From contig JAHDCI010000001.1 in NCBI GenBank assembly GCA_020629955.1, forward strand, positions 11,646-75,645: DNA of 64,000 bases, written 5' to 3'. Source of the stretch: Myxococcota bacterium. GTDB lineage: Bacteria; Myxococcota_A; Polyangia; Polyangiales; Houyiibacteriaceae. The translations under genes and the position numbers were made by a program. A model generated the notes under the pieces. That model was not told where the DNA came from and searched no databases. It saw nothing but the letters and a program-made list of their open reading frames with translations. Below, piece after piece: positions 26,681 to 34,858 of this stretch; position 1 is the stretch's first letter; each line of letters begins with the position of its first letter.

Positions 26681-27510
26681 CAGAAATGTCCTCCGACCTG
26701 CAACGCGGCGCCGCCGGGCAAGACCCCAATCCCAGCCTCGACGGCAGGCTCATCTTCGTCGTCGCCGCCACTCGTCGCGATGAGGATAACGCCGACAGTC
26801 GCTAACACGCCCGTGAGGACAAAAAGCCCATCCGCCGAAACCGAGGCGGCGAGGTCGCGACGTTCAAGGGCTTCCGCAGACGCGGGACAGATCCCCTCAT
26901 TGCACGCCTCTTCGAGGTCCGAGCGCGCGCCGTTGGCGATCAGCGCAGCAACGATTCCGCCAGCCAACGTTGCGCCCGCGCCAGCGAGCAAGAGTGGTCC
27001 GGCAAGGCTCCCGCCCTCGTCTTCGCGATCTCCTGCGAGCAGTCGCGCCTCTTCTTGACGCCTTCGCTCTTCTTCTAGGGCCGCTTCTTGCGCGAGTCGC
27101 TCACGCTCGGCCTCCGCCTCTTCGCGCTCGATGCGGACTTCTAGGCTACGAATGCGGCTCTCGACATCACTTCGCTGTTCTTCGGTCGCGTGGGGAAGAT
27201 ACTCTTGAAGGTTCGTTCGAGCTTCCTGAAGACGTCCGGCCCGCTCGAGCGCATTCGCCACATTGAAGAGAAGCGCGGGTCGGTGAGAGAGTTCGTAAGC
27301 TTCCTGGAAAGCGTCGTATGCGCCTTCGTACTGGCCGCGTGAATACAATCGATCACCGAGCTGATAGAGCTCCCGCGCTCGCGCGTCATCCTCAGGAGAG
27401 ACTGCCTGCGCAGCCACCCAGCTGGGCGATGAAAAGACACACGAACCTGCGAACAAGACCAGAAGCCGGGCCGTCGCGCGGTAGCCGCGAAGCCGTCGAA
27501 ACCAATTCAT
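26680..27510 (-). CDS. Secreted TPR-repeat protein with a coiled-coil and a C-terminal membrane anchor
   Basis: The internal start gives the signal peptide MNWFRRLRGYRATARLLVLFAGSCVFSSPSWVAAQA. TPR-like segments are present (ELYQLGDRLYSRGQYEGAYDAFQEAYE...). An E/R-rich coiled coil and a hydrophobic C-terminus follow. Confidence 0.7.
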   Translation of the reverse strand: MNWFRRLRGYRATARLLVLFAGSCVFSSPSWVAAQAVSPEDDARARELYQLGDRLYSRGQYEGAYDAFQEAYELSHRPALLFNVANALERAGRLQEARTNLQEYLPHATEEQRSDVESRIRSLEVRIEREEAEAERERLAQEAALEEERRRQEEARLLAGDREDEGGSLAGPLLLAGAGATLAGGIVAALIANGARSDLEEACNEGICPASAEALERRDLAASVSADGLFVLTGVLATVGVILIATSGGDDEDEPAVEAGIGVLPGGAALQVGGHF

Positions 27511-27523
27511 ATCGGGATCTCTA

Positions 27524-29203
27524 TCACATATTCCACGGGTCGAGGTTATCCGAACGCGAACCACCTCGCATCGGACTTGCCGTCTCCATCGGGGTCGGCG
27601 GAGGTGGCTCTTCGACAACCGGCTGACGACGCATGCCAGGGCGACGGCGCATTGCCCCGGATACCGTCTCAGCACGCTGCAAGGTCACGCTGAGCTCACC
27701 TTCTCGGCCCACCAGCGCAATCTCGCGAGTATCGTATCCCTCGAGCGAGATCTCCGCGGCCCATCGTTCGCCTTGGGGAACATCCACAACCGTCGGTGTG
27801 TCCCCGTAGTCCATCCCGTCGACGGTGACGCGAGCGCCTGCGGGCTCACTCCGAATGCTAACTGCACAACAATCGCCGGCAGCTTCCGGTTGTGGAGCCG
27901 CGACCGGAGCTTCGGGTTCTTCATTGCCTGCGGACTCATTGACGGTGACCTCGGGCTCTGGCTCTGCCTCCACCTCGCCCGTCTGCGACGCGACAATGAC
28001 TCCGACGAGACCGAACGCCAGCACGATCCCAAGAACAGCGGCGAGCTTTAACCAACCCGCCTTCGCTGCGCCGGACGCCTCGGAGGCGTCCGCCGGACGC
28101 ATCGATTTTGGGCTCCCGGCGATGGTCGGCGAACTCGGGCTCGCTGTGCTCGGTACGGGAATCGGAGCCCGAGGCACCGGCCCCGATTGACCGGAGAGGC
28201 TCGGGGAACTCGAGCTTGCAGAGGGCAACGAAGATGCTCCGACGCCGGTCTCCTCGGGACAGCGGACGAGCGCGTCGACAAGCGCAGACATGCTCTCGAA
28301 ACGTTCTTCTGGCGCCTTCCGAAGGCAGCGCATGATGACATCCTGCAGCTGATCGCTCGCAGAGGTAACAACCACGGAATCAATCCGCGGCGGTTCAACG
28401 TTCACATGCGACGCCATCAGCACAAACTTCGACTCGGATTCGAAGGGCGGTCTTCCGGCGAGCAGATGGTAGAGCACCGCCCCGAGAGAGTAGATATCTG
28501 CGGCGGGAGTCACCGCGGTCGAGGCGATTTGCTCCGGCGCGATATAACGGGGCGTACCGAGAACGGCGCCACTCTCCGTAAGATCGGAGTCGTGCCCTTT
28601 GACGAGGCCGAAATCCAGAACGGTCACGTAGTCGTCGTCGGCGCCGCGCGATGTGAGCATGATATTTCCGGGCTTCACGTCACGATGCACCATTCCGTGG
28701 GAATGTGCTTCGGCCAAGGAGCCGCAGATTTGCAACGCGATGTGGACAACGCGGGCCGGGTCGAGTGGAGCGAAGGCGCGAATCTCCTGACTCAGCGTTC
28801 GCCCCTCAAGGAGCTCCATCGCGATGTAGAAGATTCCCTCTTCGGCCTTCCCATAGTCGTAGACCACAACCGAGTGCGGGTGAGTCAGCTTCGCGCACGC
28901 CGCCGCTTCGAGGAAGAACCGTTTTTCAAAGTCCGCGGCCGCGTCGCCCGAGGCGAGGTTGCTATCGAGCACCTTCAGCGCAACAGCGCGACCGAGCGGA
29001 CGCTGAATGGCGCGATACACTCGACCCATACCACCACGCGCGAGCATCTCGACGACTTCGTATTTGCCATCGAGCACATGTCCAAGGAGCGGATCTCGCG
29101 TGAGTGATGAGGGACTCGGCACGGCTGCGATCAGCACTATACCCCCGAATGGGGGACGAACGTAACGTTTTTGCCTTAATTCACCATAACCGGGATCCAT
29201 CAC
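27524..29203 (-). CDS. Hanks-type Ser/Thr protein kinase with a TM helix and an extracytoplasmic PEGA domain
   Basis: The kinase motifs are GGMGRVYRA, VALK, HRDVKPGNIML, DFG and GTPRYIAPE. A TM helix (LAAVLGIVLAFGLVGVIV) follows. The C-terminal VSIRSEPAGARVTVDGMDYGDTP is a PEGA motif. Confidence 0.9.
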   Translation of the reverse strand: MMDPGYGELRQKRYVRPPFGGIVLIAAVPSPSSLTRDPLLGHVLDGKYEVVEMLARGGMGRVYRAIQRPLGRAVALKVLDSNLASGDAAADFEKRFFLEAAACAKLTHPHSVVVYDYGKAEEGIFYIAMELLEGRTLSQEIRAFAPLDPARVVHIALQICGSLAEAHSHGMVHRDVKPGNIMLTSRGADDDYVTVLDFGLVKGHDSDLTESGAVLGTPRYIAPEQIASTAVTPAADIYSLGAVLYHLLAGRPPFESESKFVLMASHVNVEPPRIDSVVVTSASDQLQDVIMRCLRKAPEERFESMSALVDALVRCPEETGVGASSLPSASSSSPSLSGQSGPVPRAPIPVPSTASPSSPTIAGSPKSMRPADASEASGAAKAGWLKLAAVLGIVLAFGLVGVIVASQTGEVEAEPEPEVTVNESAGNEEPEAPVAAPQPEAAGDCCAVSIRSEPAGARVTVDGMDYGDTPTVVDVPQGERWAAEISLEGYDTREIALVGREGELSVTLQRAETVSGAMRRRPGMRRQPVVEEPPPPTPMETASPMRGGSRSDNLDPWNM

Positions 29204-29453
29204 CAGGATTCGCGCCCTCGCACAATCCTTCGCAATCGCAAGGAAAGTTCTCTTCGCTCACATCCGGCCTGCATTCTCGCTCAGACAACTTCCCTTACGT
29301 TTGCGAAATCTTGCACGACCATCACGAGGCTCCGGATGAAGAAGACTGCTTATCTCTGGCGAAGCTTCAAACGCCCAAAAACAACTTCGCGATTTTTTTC
29401 CGTGCGCACCCCAATTATCCAGCGGCTTCACAGATGGGAACGTTTGGATGCGA

Positions 29454-29609
29454 GCAGGGTGGTGAAAAAGGGCCGATGTTGGTTCGTTGGATTCTTCGTG
29501 CCCAGATGCATCCGATTTTCGGAACGTGACGGGAACTGGGTGGCGCTGGATGGCGTTTGAGTGGGTGAAAATACCGCGAAGCGGTTTCGGACGTTTTTCA
29601 CCAGCCTGC
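29454..29609 (-). mobile_element. MITE-like TIR element, copy 2 (156 bp, inverted orientation)
   Basis: Its reverse complement aligns with copies 1 and 3. The first 63 nt differ from copy 1 at 3 positions, the central 35 nt or so are divergent, and the TIRs match 20/24. Confidence 0.6.
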
Positions 29610-29616
29610 CAGACGC

Positions 29617-29648
29617 AAAAACGCGCTGGTTCCAAGGAACCAACGCGT
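29617..29648 (-). terminator. Rho-independent terminator of rplC
   Basis: On the minus strand, a 13-bp stem with one mismatch (ACGCGTTGGTTCC / GGAACCAGCGCGT) is followed by TTTTT. It lies 23 nt after the rplC stop. Confidence 0.65.
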
Positions 29649-29670
29649 TGAATGGTTGCTCGCTGGTGGT

Positions 29671-30330
29671 TTAAGCGTTGGCCTTCTTGGCCTTCTTCGC
29701 CGCCTGGCGAATCGTGACGACGCCGCCGCGCGGTCCGGGGACGCTGCCCTTCACCATCACGATGCCTTCTTCGTCCATGACCTTGACGACCTTCAAGCTC
29801 ATCACGGTGACGCGCTTGTTGCCGTGCTGGCCGGCCATCTTCTTGCCCTTGAAAACACGACCGGGCGTCATGTTCATACCGATGGAGCCGCCGTGACGCT
29901 GGTACTCGTGCGCACCGTGCGTGGCCTTGTAGCCGGCAAAGTTGTGGCGCTTCATGACACCGGTGAAGCCGCGACCCTTCGAGGTGGCGCAGACGTCAAC
30001 GAAACCGCCTTCTTCGAAGATCTCGCTCGCCTTCAGCTGCTGACCGACTTCGTACCCGTCGACCTTCTCGGCCGGGAGGCGGAACTCACGAACAACTTCC
30101 GGGACGCCCGCTTCAACGTGGGAGAACTGACCGGCGACGGGACGCGTCGTGGTCTTCTTCACACCGAATCCAAGCTGGATCGCGGAGTAGCCGTGCTTCG
30201 CGACGGTGCGCTTGCCGACGACGGTGCAGGGGCCCGCTTCGACCACGGTGACGCGACGAATCTCGCCGTCGTCCGTGAAAACCTGGGTGTTGCCGACTTT
30301 TTTGCCGATGAGTCCGAGTGACGTGTTCAC
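29671..30330 (-). CDS. rplC: 50S ribosomal protein L3
   Basis: The translation GLIGKKVGNTQVF...TSKGRGFTGVMKRHNF...GSIG.N.TPGRVFKGKKMAGQHGNKRVTV is a canonical full-length L3. Confidence 0.95.
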   Translation of the reverse strand: MNTSLGLIGKKVGNTQVFTDDGEIRRVTVVEAGPCTVVGKRTVAKHGYSAIQLGFGVKKTTTRPVAGQFSHVEAGVPEVVREFRLPAEKVDGYEVGQQLKASEIFEEGGFVDVCATSKGRGFTGVMKRHNFAGYKATHGAHEYQRHGGSIGMNMTPGRVFKGKKMAGQHGNKRVTVMSLKVVKVMDEEGIVMVKGSVPGPRGGVVTIRQAAKKAKKANA

Positions 30331-30465
30331 TGGGGTACTTCCTGTGTTCGAAGACTTCGAAGTAAAATAAGAACTTCTTAGTGTTTTTTTGGTCCTAATG
30401 ACCGCGCCATCTGGCTCTCCCAGATCGACGAAAGGGTGCGTAGGGTATTGAGGATTGGGCCGCGG

Positions 30466-31266
30466 TCAAGCCGATTCTTCGATTCCAAAGATTCGGCATG
30501 CGTTCGCGTACGTCTGGGCGCGCAATTCTTCAGGATCTTCGCCGCGCAGCTTTGCGACGAAATCCGCGGTGTGCGCGACAAACGCGGGTTCGTTCCGTTT
30601 TCCGCGAAGCGGCATCGGGGCAAGATAGGGCGCGTCGGTCTCGACAAGAATGGAATCCGCCGGCTGCTTTCGCGCCGCCTCCTGAATCGATTCGGATTTC
30701 TTAAACGTCACGATTCCAGAAAAACTCGCCACAAAGCCGAGATCCAGAGCCGCCTTTGCGAACTCGGGGTCCTCGGAGAAGCAGTGGATAATCCCGCCAA
30801 CGTCGCGCGCGTTTTCCTCGCGAAGAATTTCGAGGGTATCTGCCGCCGCATCTCGGGTGTGCACAATGATCGGCTTCTTGACGTCGCGCGCGAGCGCGAT
30901 CTGGCGCCGGAAGACTTCCTTCTGCTGCTCGCGTGGGCTGTTGTCGTAATAAAAATCGAGCCCCATCTCGCCGATGGCCACGCAGAGCGGGTGCTCCGCA
31001 ATCTCCTCGATGCGCGCGTAGATCGCTTCGCCATCTTCCTCGGTGAGCGTCTCGGCGTCATGCGGGTGAAAACCGATCGTGGTGCAAATCCAGTCCGCAT
31101 TGGCTTCGGCAATCTTCAGCGCCGAATCCACCGAATCGAGATATCGCGCGCAGCCGATGGTCGCGATGCGCTTCACGCCCGCTTCTTTCGCGCGCCCGAG
31201 CAACTCGTCGAGGTCGTCGTCTTTGAACTTGCGATGGTCGAGGTGGCAGTGGGTATCGAAAAGCAT
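30466..31266 (-). CDS. tatD: TatD-family metal-dependent hydrolase/DNase
   Basis: The internal ATG gives MLFDTHCHLDH. Later motifs are AIGEMGLDFYY, PIIVHTRDA, GIIHCFSE and LVETDAPYLAP. Confidence 0.9.
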   Translation of the reverse strand: MLFDTHCHLDHRKFKDDDLDELLGRAKEAGVKRIATIGCARYLDSVDSALKIAEANADWICTTIGFHPHDAETLTEEDGEAIYARIEEIAEHPLCVAIGEMGLDFYYDNSPREQQKEVFRRQIALARDVKKPIIVHTRDAAADTLEILREENARDVGGIIHCFSEDPEFAKAALDLGFVASFSGIVTFKKSESIQEAARKQPADSILVETDAPYLAPMPLRGKRNEPAFVAHTADFVAKLRGEDPEELRAQTYANACRIFGIEESA

Positions 31267-31291
31267 GATGTCTATTTTTCCAGGCGGGCGT

Positions 31292-32314
31292 TTAGACCGC
31301 GTATCCCTTTTGCTTGAGTCGCTCGAGCGCGGATGCCGCGCCAGGTTCCACCTCGGCGATAGAAGCAAGCGTCTCCGCGAGCAATCGCGGGTCCGCCCCT
31401 CGCAAACGTTCACACAAACGGGCCAGCGCAGGCAGGAGCGCGACTCGCTGATACTCACCTGCCGCAGCGATCGCATAATCGCGACCATCGGCACGCCACG
31501 CTTTTAGCGCAGCGTTCAACGGTTCATCGCCTCGGGCGTCCCCAAGCTGCACCAGCGCCCGGCCACATGCCGCGCGAACGAGCAGAGAACCGAAGAACTT
31601 CGAGCCGCGATCGTAGAGCGCAGCTTTGCCGCGATCGCTCGCGACGCGTCCGAGAGCCTCCGCGGCTTCGATCGCCAAGAGTGGATGCGAGAGCCCGCGA
31701 ATCAGGCGAACTTCGCCTGCGTTATTTCCGAAGTAGGAGAGCGCAATCGCGGCGGCATTTGCGACCTCTTCATTTCCATCGGTCAGAGCTTTCTTGAGCC
31801 CCGTGACAATCGCATCTTTTTCGCCAGCCGTCTCGTGGTGCGCGAGTGCGAGACCATCGGCCGCAGCCGCTCGGACCCGGCCATCTTCATCCCGAAGCAA
31901 TTTGAGCAGCGCTTTCGCGTCGACGCTTTCTTCCTGGCGCCAGAGATCGGCCGCTTGAAAACGAAGCACAAAATCGTCGCTCGCAGCGAGCTCTGAGAGC
32001 ACGTCCGGACGCTTGCCTTCCGAGAGAGCGTAGAGCGCCCGCGCGGCCGATTGACGGACCTCCGCGTGCTCGTCGCTCAGTCCCTCCCGAACGAACGCCG
32101 GCACCCCGACCAGCGCCAAGCCTTCAAATGCCGCAGCTCGAATGGGACCGAGGCGATCTTTGGCGAGGGCTTCTAATCCGGCCCGCGCTTCTTCCTCGCG
32201 CCCTTCGGGTACCGCCGCGAGACCGTGCGCAGCGCGCAGACGAAAGTTCTCATCCTTGGAGGTGACATCCCGCAGCGCGGCGTCGAAGTTCGGAGTGAGC
32301 GGCCGAAAGAACAC
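31292..32314 (-). CDS. HEAT-repeat (PBS-lyase-type) protein
   Basis: Repeated helical-hairpin motifs with the (V/I)R..AA.AL pattern run throughout: RLRAAHGLA, IRAAAFEGLA, VRQSAARALY, VRAAAADGLA. Confidence 0.75.
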   Translation of the reverse strand: MFFRPLTPNFDAALRDVTSKDENFRLRAAHGLAAVPEGREEEARAGLEALAKDRLGPIRAAAFEGLALVGVPAFVREGLSDEHAEVRQSAARALYALSEGKRPDVLSELAASDDFVLRFQAADLWRQEESVDAKALLKLLRDEDGRVRAAAADGLALAHHETAGEKDAIVTGLKKALTDGNEEVANAAAIALSYFGNNAGEVRLIRGLSHPLLAIEAAEALGRVASDRGKAALYDRGSKFFGSLLVRAACGRALVQLGDARGDEPLNAALKAWRADGRDYAIAAAGEYQRVALLPALARLCERLRGADPRLLAETLASIAEVEPGAASALERLKQKGYAV

Positions 32315-32355
32315 CCTATTCTTTGGCGAGCGGGCGTCCGAAATGCAAGGAGAGT

Positions 32356-32865
32356 TCAGAAGGTATTCGGCGGACGCGTGACCAGCTCACAGATCGCGAT
32401 GAAGTCTTCCCGGTTAATAAGATTCACCTCGTCCAATCGCTCGGAGAGCGCCTGCAGCAGCGCTTGCAGATCCGCGCTTGCGATATGGTCATTGGGGCAG
32501 AGACGCACCGTGTCGCGCCCGGCGGTCTCCACGATGTACACCAAGTGCTCATCGTAAGAGCGATCGATCTCGCAACGTACCAGCGGGAAGTAGAGCTCTG
32601 TATCCCGCGCGCTCGGGAATGAGAGCGCTTCGCCTCGAATGACAATGCTACGCCTCGAAGCTGGGAAGTCCCGGAGGTATTTGTAAACGAGCCCGATGCC
32701 GCCAATCGCGAAGAGGGAGCCAAAACACACCCCGGCACCCTGGCCACCCGCGATCATGAAGCCGCCGACACAAACGAGAGGGACGAAACAGCCTGTCGGC
32801 ACTATCCACGACGGGCGCAGCACGTACGCTCGGGGCTCCGGCTCCGCTTGCAGATCTGAACTCAA
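32356..32865 (-). CDS. Small two-TM protein with a cytoplasmic domain of about 100 aa, paralog P1 (unknown family; C-terminus ...ICELVTRPPNTF)
   Basis: It has a TTG start. Two N-terminal TM helices are followed by a soluble domain. It is paralogous to 32957..33460 and, more distantly, to 33457..33999. Confidence 0.65.
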   Translation of the reverse strand: MSSDLQAEPEPRAYVLRPSWIVPTGCFVPLVCVGGFMIAGGQGAGVCFGSLFAIGGIGLVYKYLRDFPASRRSIVIRGEALSFPSARDTELYFPLVRCEIDRSYDEHLVYIVETAGRDTVRLCPNDHIASADLQALLQALSERLDEVNLINREDFIAICELVTRPPNTF

Positions 32866-32956
32866 AACGTCTGGAACCTTTCAGAGAGTCGGAGAGAACG
32901 CACGAAAGAACGCCCTTTCTCCTTTGCCGAGCGGGCGCCCGTAGCGCAAGGAGAGT

Positions 32957-33460
32957 TCAGAAGGTATTCGGCGGACGCGTGACCAGCTCGCAGATCGCGA
33001 CGAAGTCTTCCCGAGTAATGAATCGCTCCTCTTCGATGCGCCGTTCCATCCGCGTCAGGAGTTCCTTCAAACGTGACCGCGCCATGGTGGAGTTCGGCGT
33101 AATCGAAACTTGCTGGCGGCCGGCGGTTTCGATGACGAACTGAAACCCAGAATCTCCGGCGTAGCGCTCACATCCAACGAAGGGAAAGTAGAGCTCGACG
33201 CCCTCTGCCCCAGGCAACGATGCCGATATCTCCGAGACAACGATCCTTCGCTTTCGCGGGAGGTATTCCGACACGAAGCGGAAAGTGAGATACGCCCCGC
33301 AGAGCAGAGCCGGTCCCGCAAAGCAGAGAATGCCTTCCGCGAACCAGGCCAAAAACACAGAGGCCGCGATCAGGCCGAAGGTGACAAACGCCGGCAATGT
33401 CCACGACGAGCGCAGGACATACGTTCGGGTCGCTTCTTCTTTGGAAACATCTGAACTCAA
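32957..33460 (-). CDS. Small two-TM protein, paralog P2 (C-terminus ...ICELVTRPPNTF)
   Basis: Its TTG start overlaps the TGA stop of P3 (TTGA). It has the same architecture as P1. Confidence 0.65.
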   Translation of the reverse strand: MSSDVSKEEATRTYVLRSSWTLPAFVTFGLIAASVFLAWFAEGILCFAGPALLCGAYLTFRFVSEYLPRKRRIVVSEISASLPGAEGVELYFPFVGCERYAGDSGFQFVIETAGRQQVSITPNSTMARSRLKELLTRMERRIEEERFITREDFVAICELVTRPPNTF

Positions 33461-33999
33461 AACGTCTGTGGCCTTTTCGAAAGCCGCGACTCGAGGATCC
33501 CTTTGACGGCATCGTAGTCGAGCGCCTCTCCGCTATCGAAGAACGCCTGCAGCTCCGCGAAGATTCCCCGTAGCGAGTGACAGGTCGAACTAGCGGAGAC
33601 CTCCGCTTCTCCGACGGGTCCCGTCATGAGAATGGTCTTGCGGGTTCCAAAGCCTTCGACTTCGATGCTCTTGATCGGGAGGGAAATCGACGCGTTAACC
33701 TCCTTCGGAAACTCAAGCGCCTTTTCGGTAAGTCTCACCTCCCGCTCTCTCGGGAGCGATCGATAAAGCCCCATCATGGCGAAGTGAGCGCCGGAGATCG
33801 CGAGCGGGAGCGATGCGATTAGCAGCGCGGCACTCCAAGGCATTGCAAGGTCGCGCACATCCCAGAAGCCCCAACCCACCAACGGCAAAATGGCGAGACC
33901 TGAGAGGCAAATACGGTCGAGCGGCAGAGGGAGTAAAAACGTCTTCGCCTTCGCCGCTCTCTTCGGCATCTCCCCCTTCGTCGCGTCCCCTCCTCGCAT
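33457..33999 (-). CDS. Small two/three-TM protein, distant paralog P3 (C-terminus ...SKRPQTF)
   Basis: It has the same size class, N-terminal TM helices, and a C-terminal RP-x-TF end. It is translationally coupled to P2. Confidence 0.6.
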   Translation of the reverse strand: MRGGDATKGEMPKRAAKAKTFLLPLPLDRICLSGLAILPLVGWGFWDVRDLAMPWSAALLIASLPLAISGAHFAMMGLYRSLPREREVRLTEKALEFPKEVNASISLPIKSIEVEGFGTRKTILMTGPVGEAEVSASSTCHSLRGIFAELQAFFDSGEALDYDAVKGILESRLSKRPQTF

Positions 34000-34044
34000 T
34001 CCGACAACCTAAATTCCGCCCCGAGGAGGGCAAGAAAAATCGCG

Positions 34045-34845
34045 CTACTCTTCGGCCGGTCCGATCGACCAATGAAGGCTGCGGCTTCGAAGGAGCCCCA
34101 GGCTGACCTCGTACGCGAGGTCTACGGGCGGCAGCGTCTCGAGCTCGAGCCCATCAAACGCGCGCGCAGGATGGCGCGTGACGATCACCTCCGAAGCGAA
34201 AGGCAAAAGCGCGTCGTTCCACGCGCCCACTGGCAGCGGCCTGACATCCGTCACGCCAAGCGGATGCTCTGCTTCGAAGGGAATACGTTCGTCGCTGCCG
34301 GGCAGCTGGTACCAGCCACGCAGGCTCGCCACCGTCTGATCGCGCCCTGTGCCGTGCACGCTGAAGAGCTCGCAATAGCGCGCACGTAGCGCGATGGACT
34401 GCCCTCGAAGGTGCAGCTCCTCGCTAAGGAGCTCGTCGAAATCTTCGGGCTCACTCACCGAGATATCGTGGTCATACGCGCTCCCGTGGGCATAGGCGCG
34501 TCCTGGCAAGAGCGACGTGATGACGGTTCGGAGCCCTTGCGAGATCGCATCGTTCGCTTGCCCGTGCTCTTGCTCTTCCTCCAGCTCTTCCTCGAGCGTG
34601 TCTTCGCAAGGCACCAGCTCGACCGAAGTCGTCCGAAACCAAAACGACTCAAGCCCGACGACGTATCCAAGGTCCGTCGTGAAGACCCGCACGCCCTCTT
34701 CGAGGTGCGCGCCTTCCCAATCGGTTTCGACCCAGTATTCGATCTGATTTGGCGCAAGCTCCGGCAAGGGGAGCGCCGCGCAGCCCACGACAAACGCCGC
34801 GCTCAGCCAACCCGAACGTCGTCCGCGGCGCATAGTCGAAGGCAT
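34045..34845 (-). CDS. Hypothetical lipoprotein (third gene of the lipoprotein operon)
   Basis: The internal ATG gives MPSTMRRGRRSGWLSAAFVVGC AALP (lipobox). It starts 13 nt after the upstream gene's stop. It has an acidic EEELEEEQEH patch, and I recognised no domain. Confidence 0.55.
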   Translation of the reverse strand: MPSTMRRGRRSGWLSAAFVVGCAALPLPELAPNQIEYWVETDWEGAHLEEGVRVFTTDLGYVVGLESFWFRTTSVELVPCEDTLEEELEEEQEHGQANDAISQGLRTVITSLLPGRAYAHGSAYDHDISVSEPEDFDELLSEELHLRGQSIALRARYCELFSVHGTGRDQTVASLRGWYQLPGSDERIPFEAEHPLGVTDVRPLPVGAWNDALLPFASEVIVTRHPARAFDGLELETLPPVDLAYEVSLGLLRSRSLHWSIGPAEE

Positions 34846-34858
34846 ACGCAACGAATCG

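Larger units (their letters stand above)
32320..33475. repeat. Tandem segmental duplication, two units of about 600 bp, carrying paralogs P1 and P2
   Basis: The unit offset is 601 bp. Block 32345-32412 matches block 32946-33013 at 66/68 nt. The 5' junction ATCTGAACTCAAAACGTCTG is present in both units. Confidence 0.85.

Noticed and set aside
29656-30321. A 221-aa plus-strand ORF.
   Set aside because: It is the exact antisense of rplC, whose translation is canonical L3.
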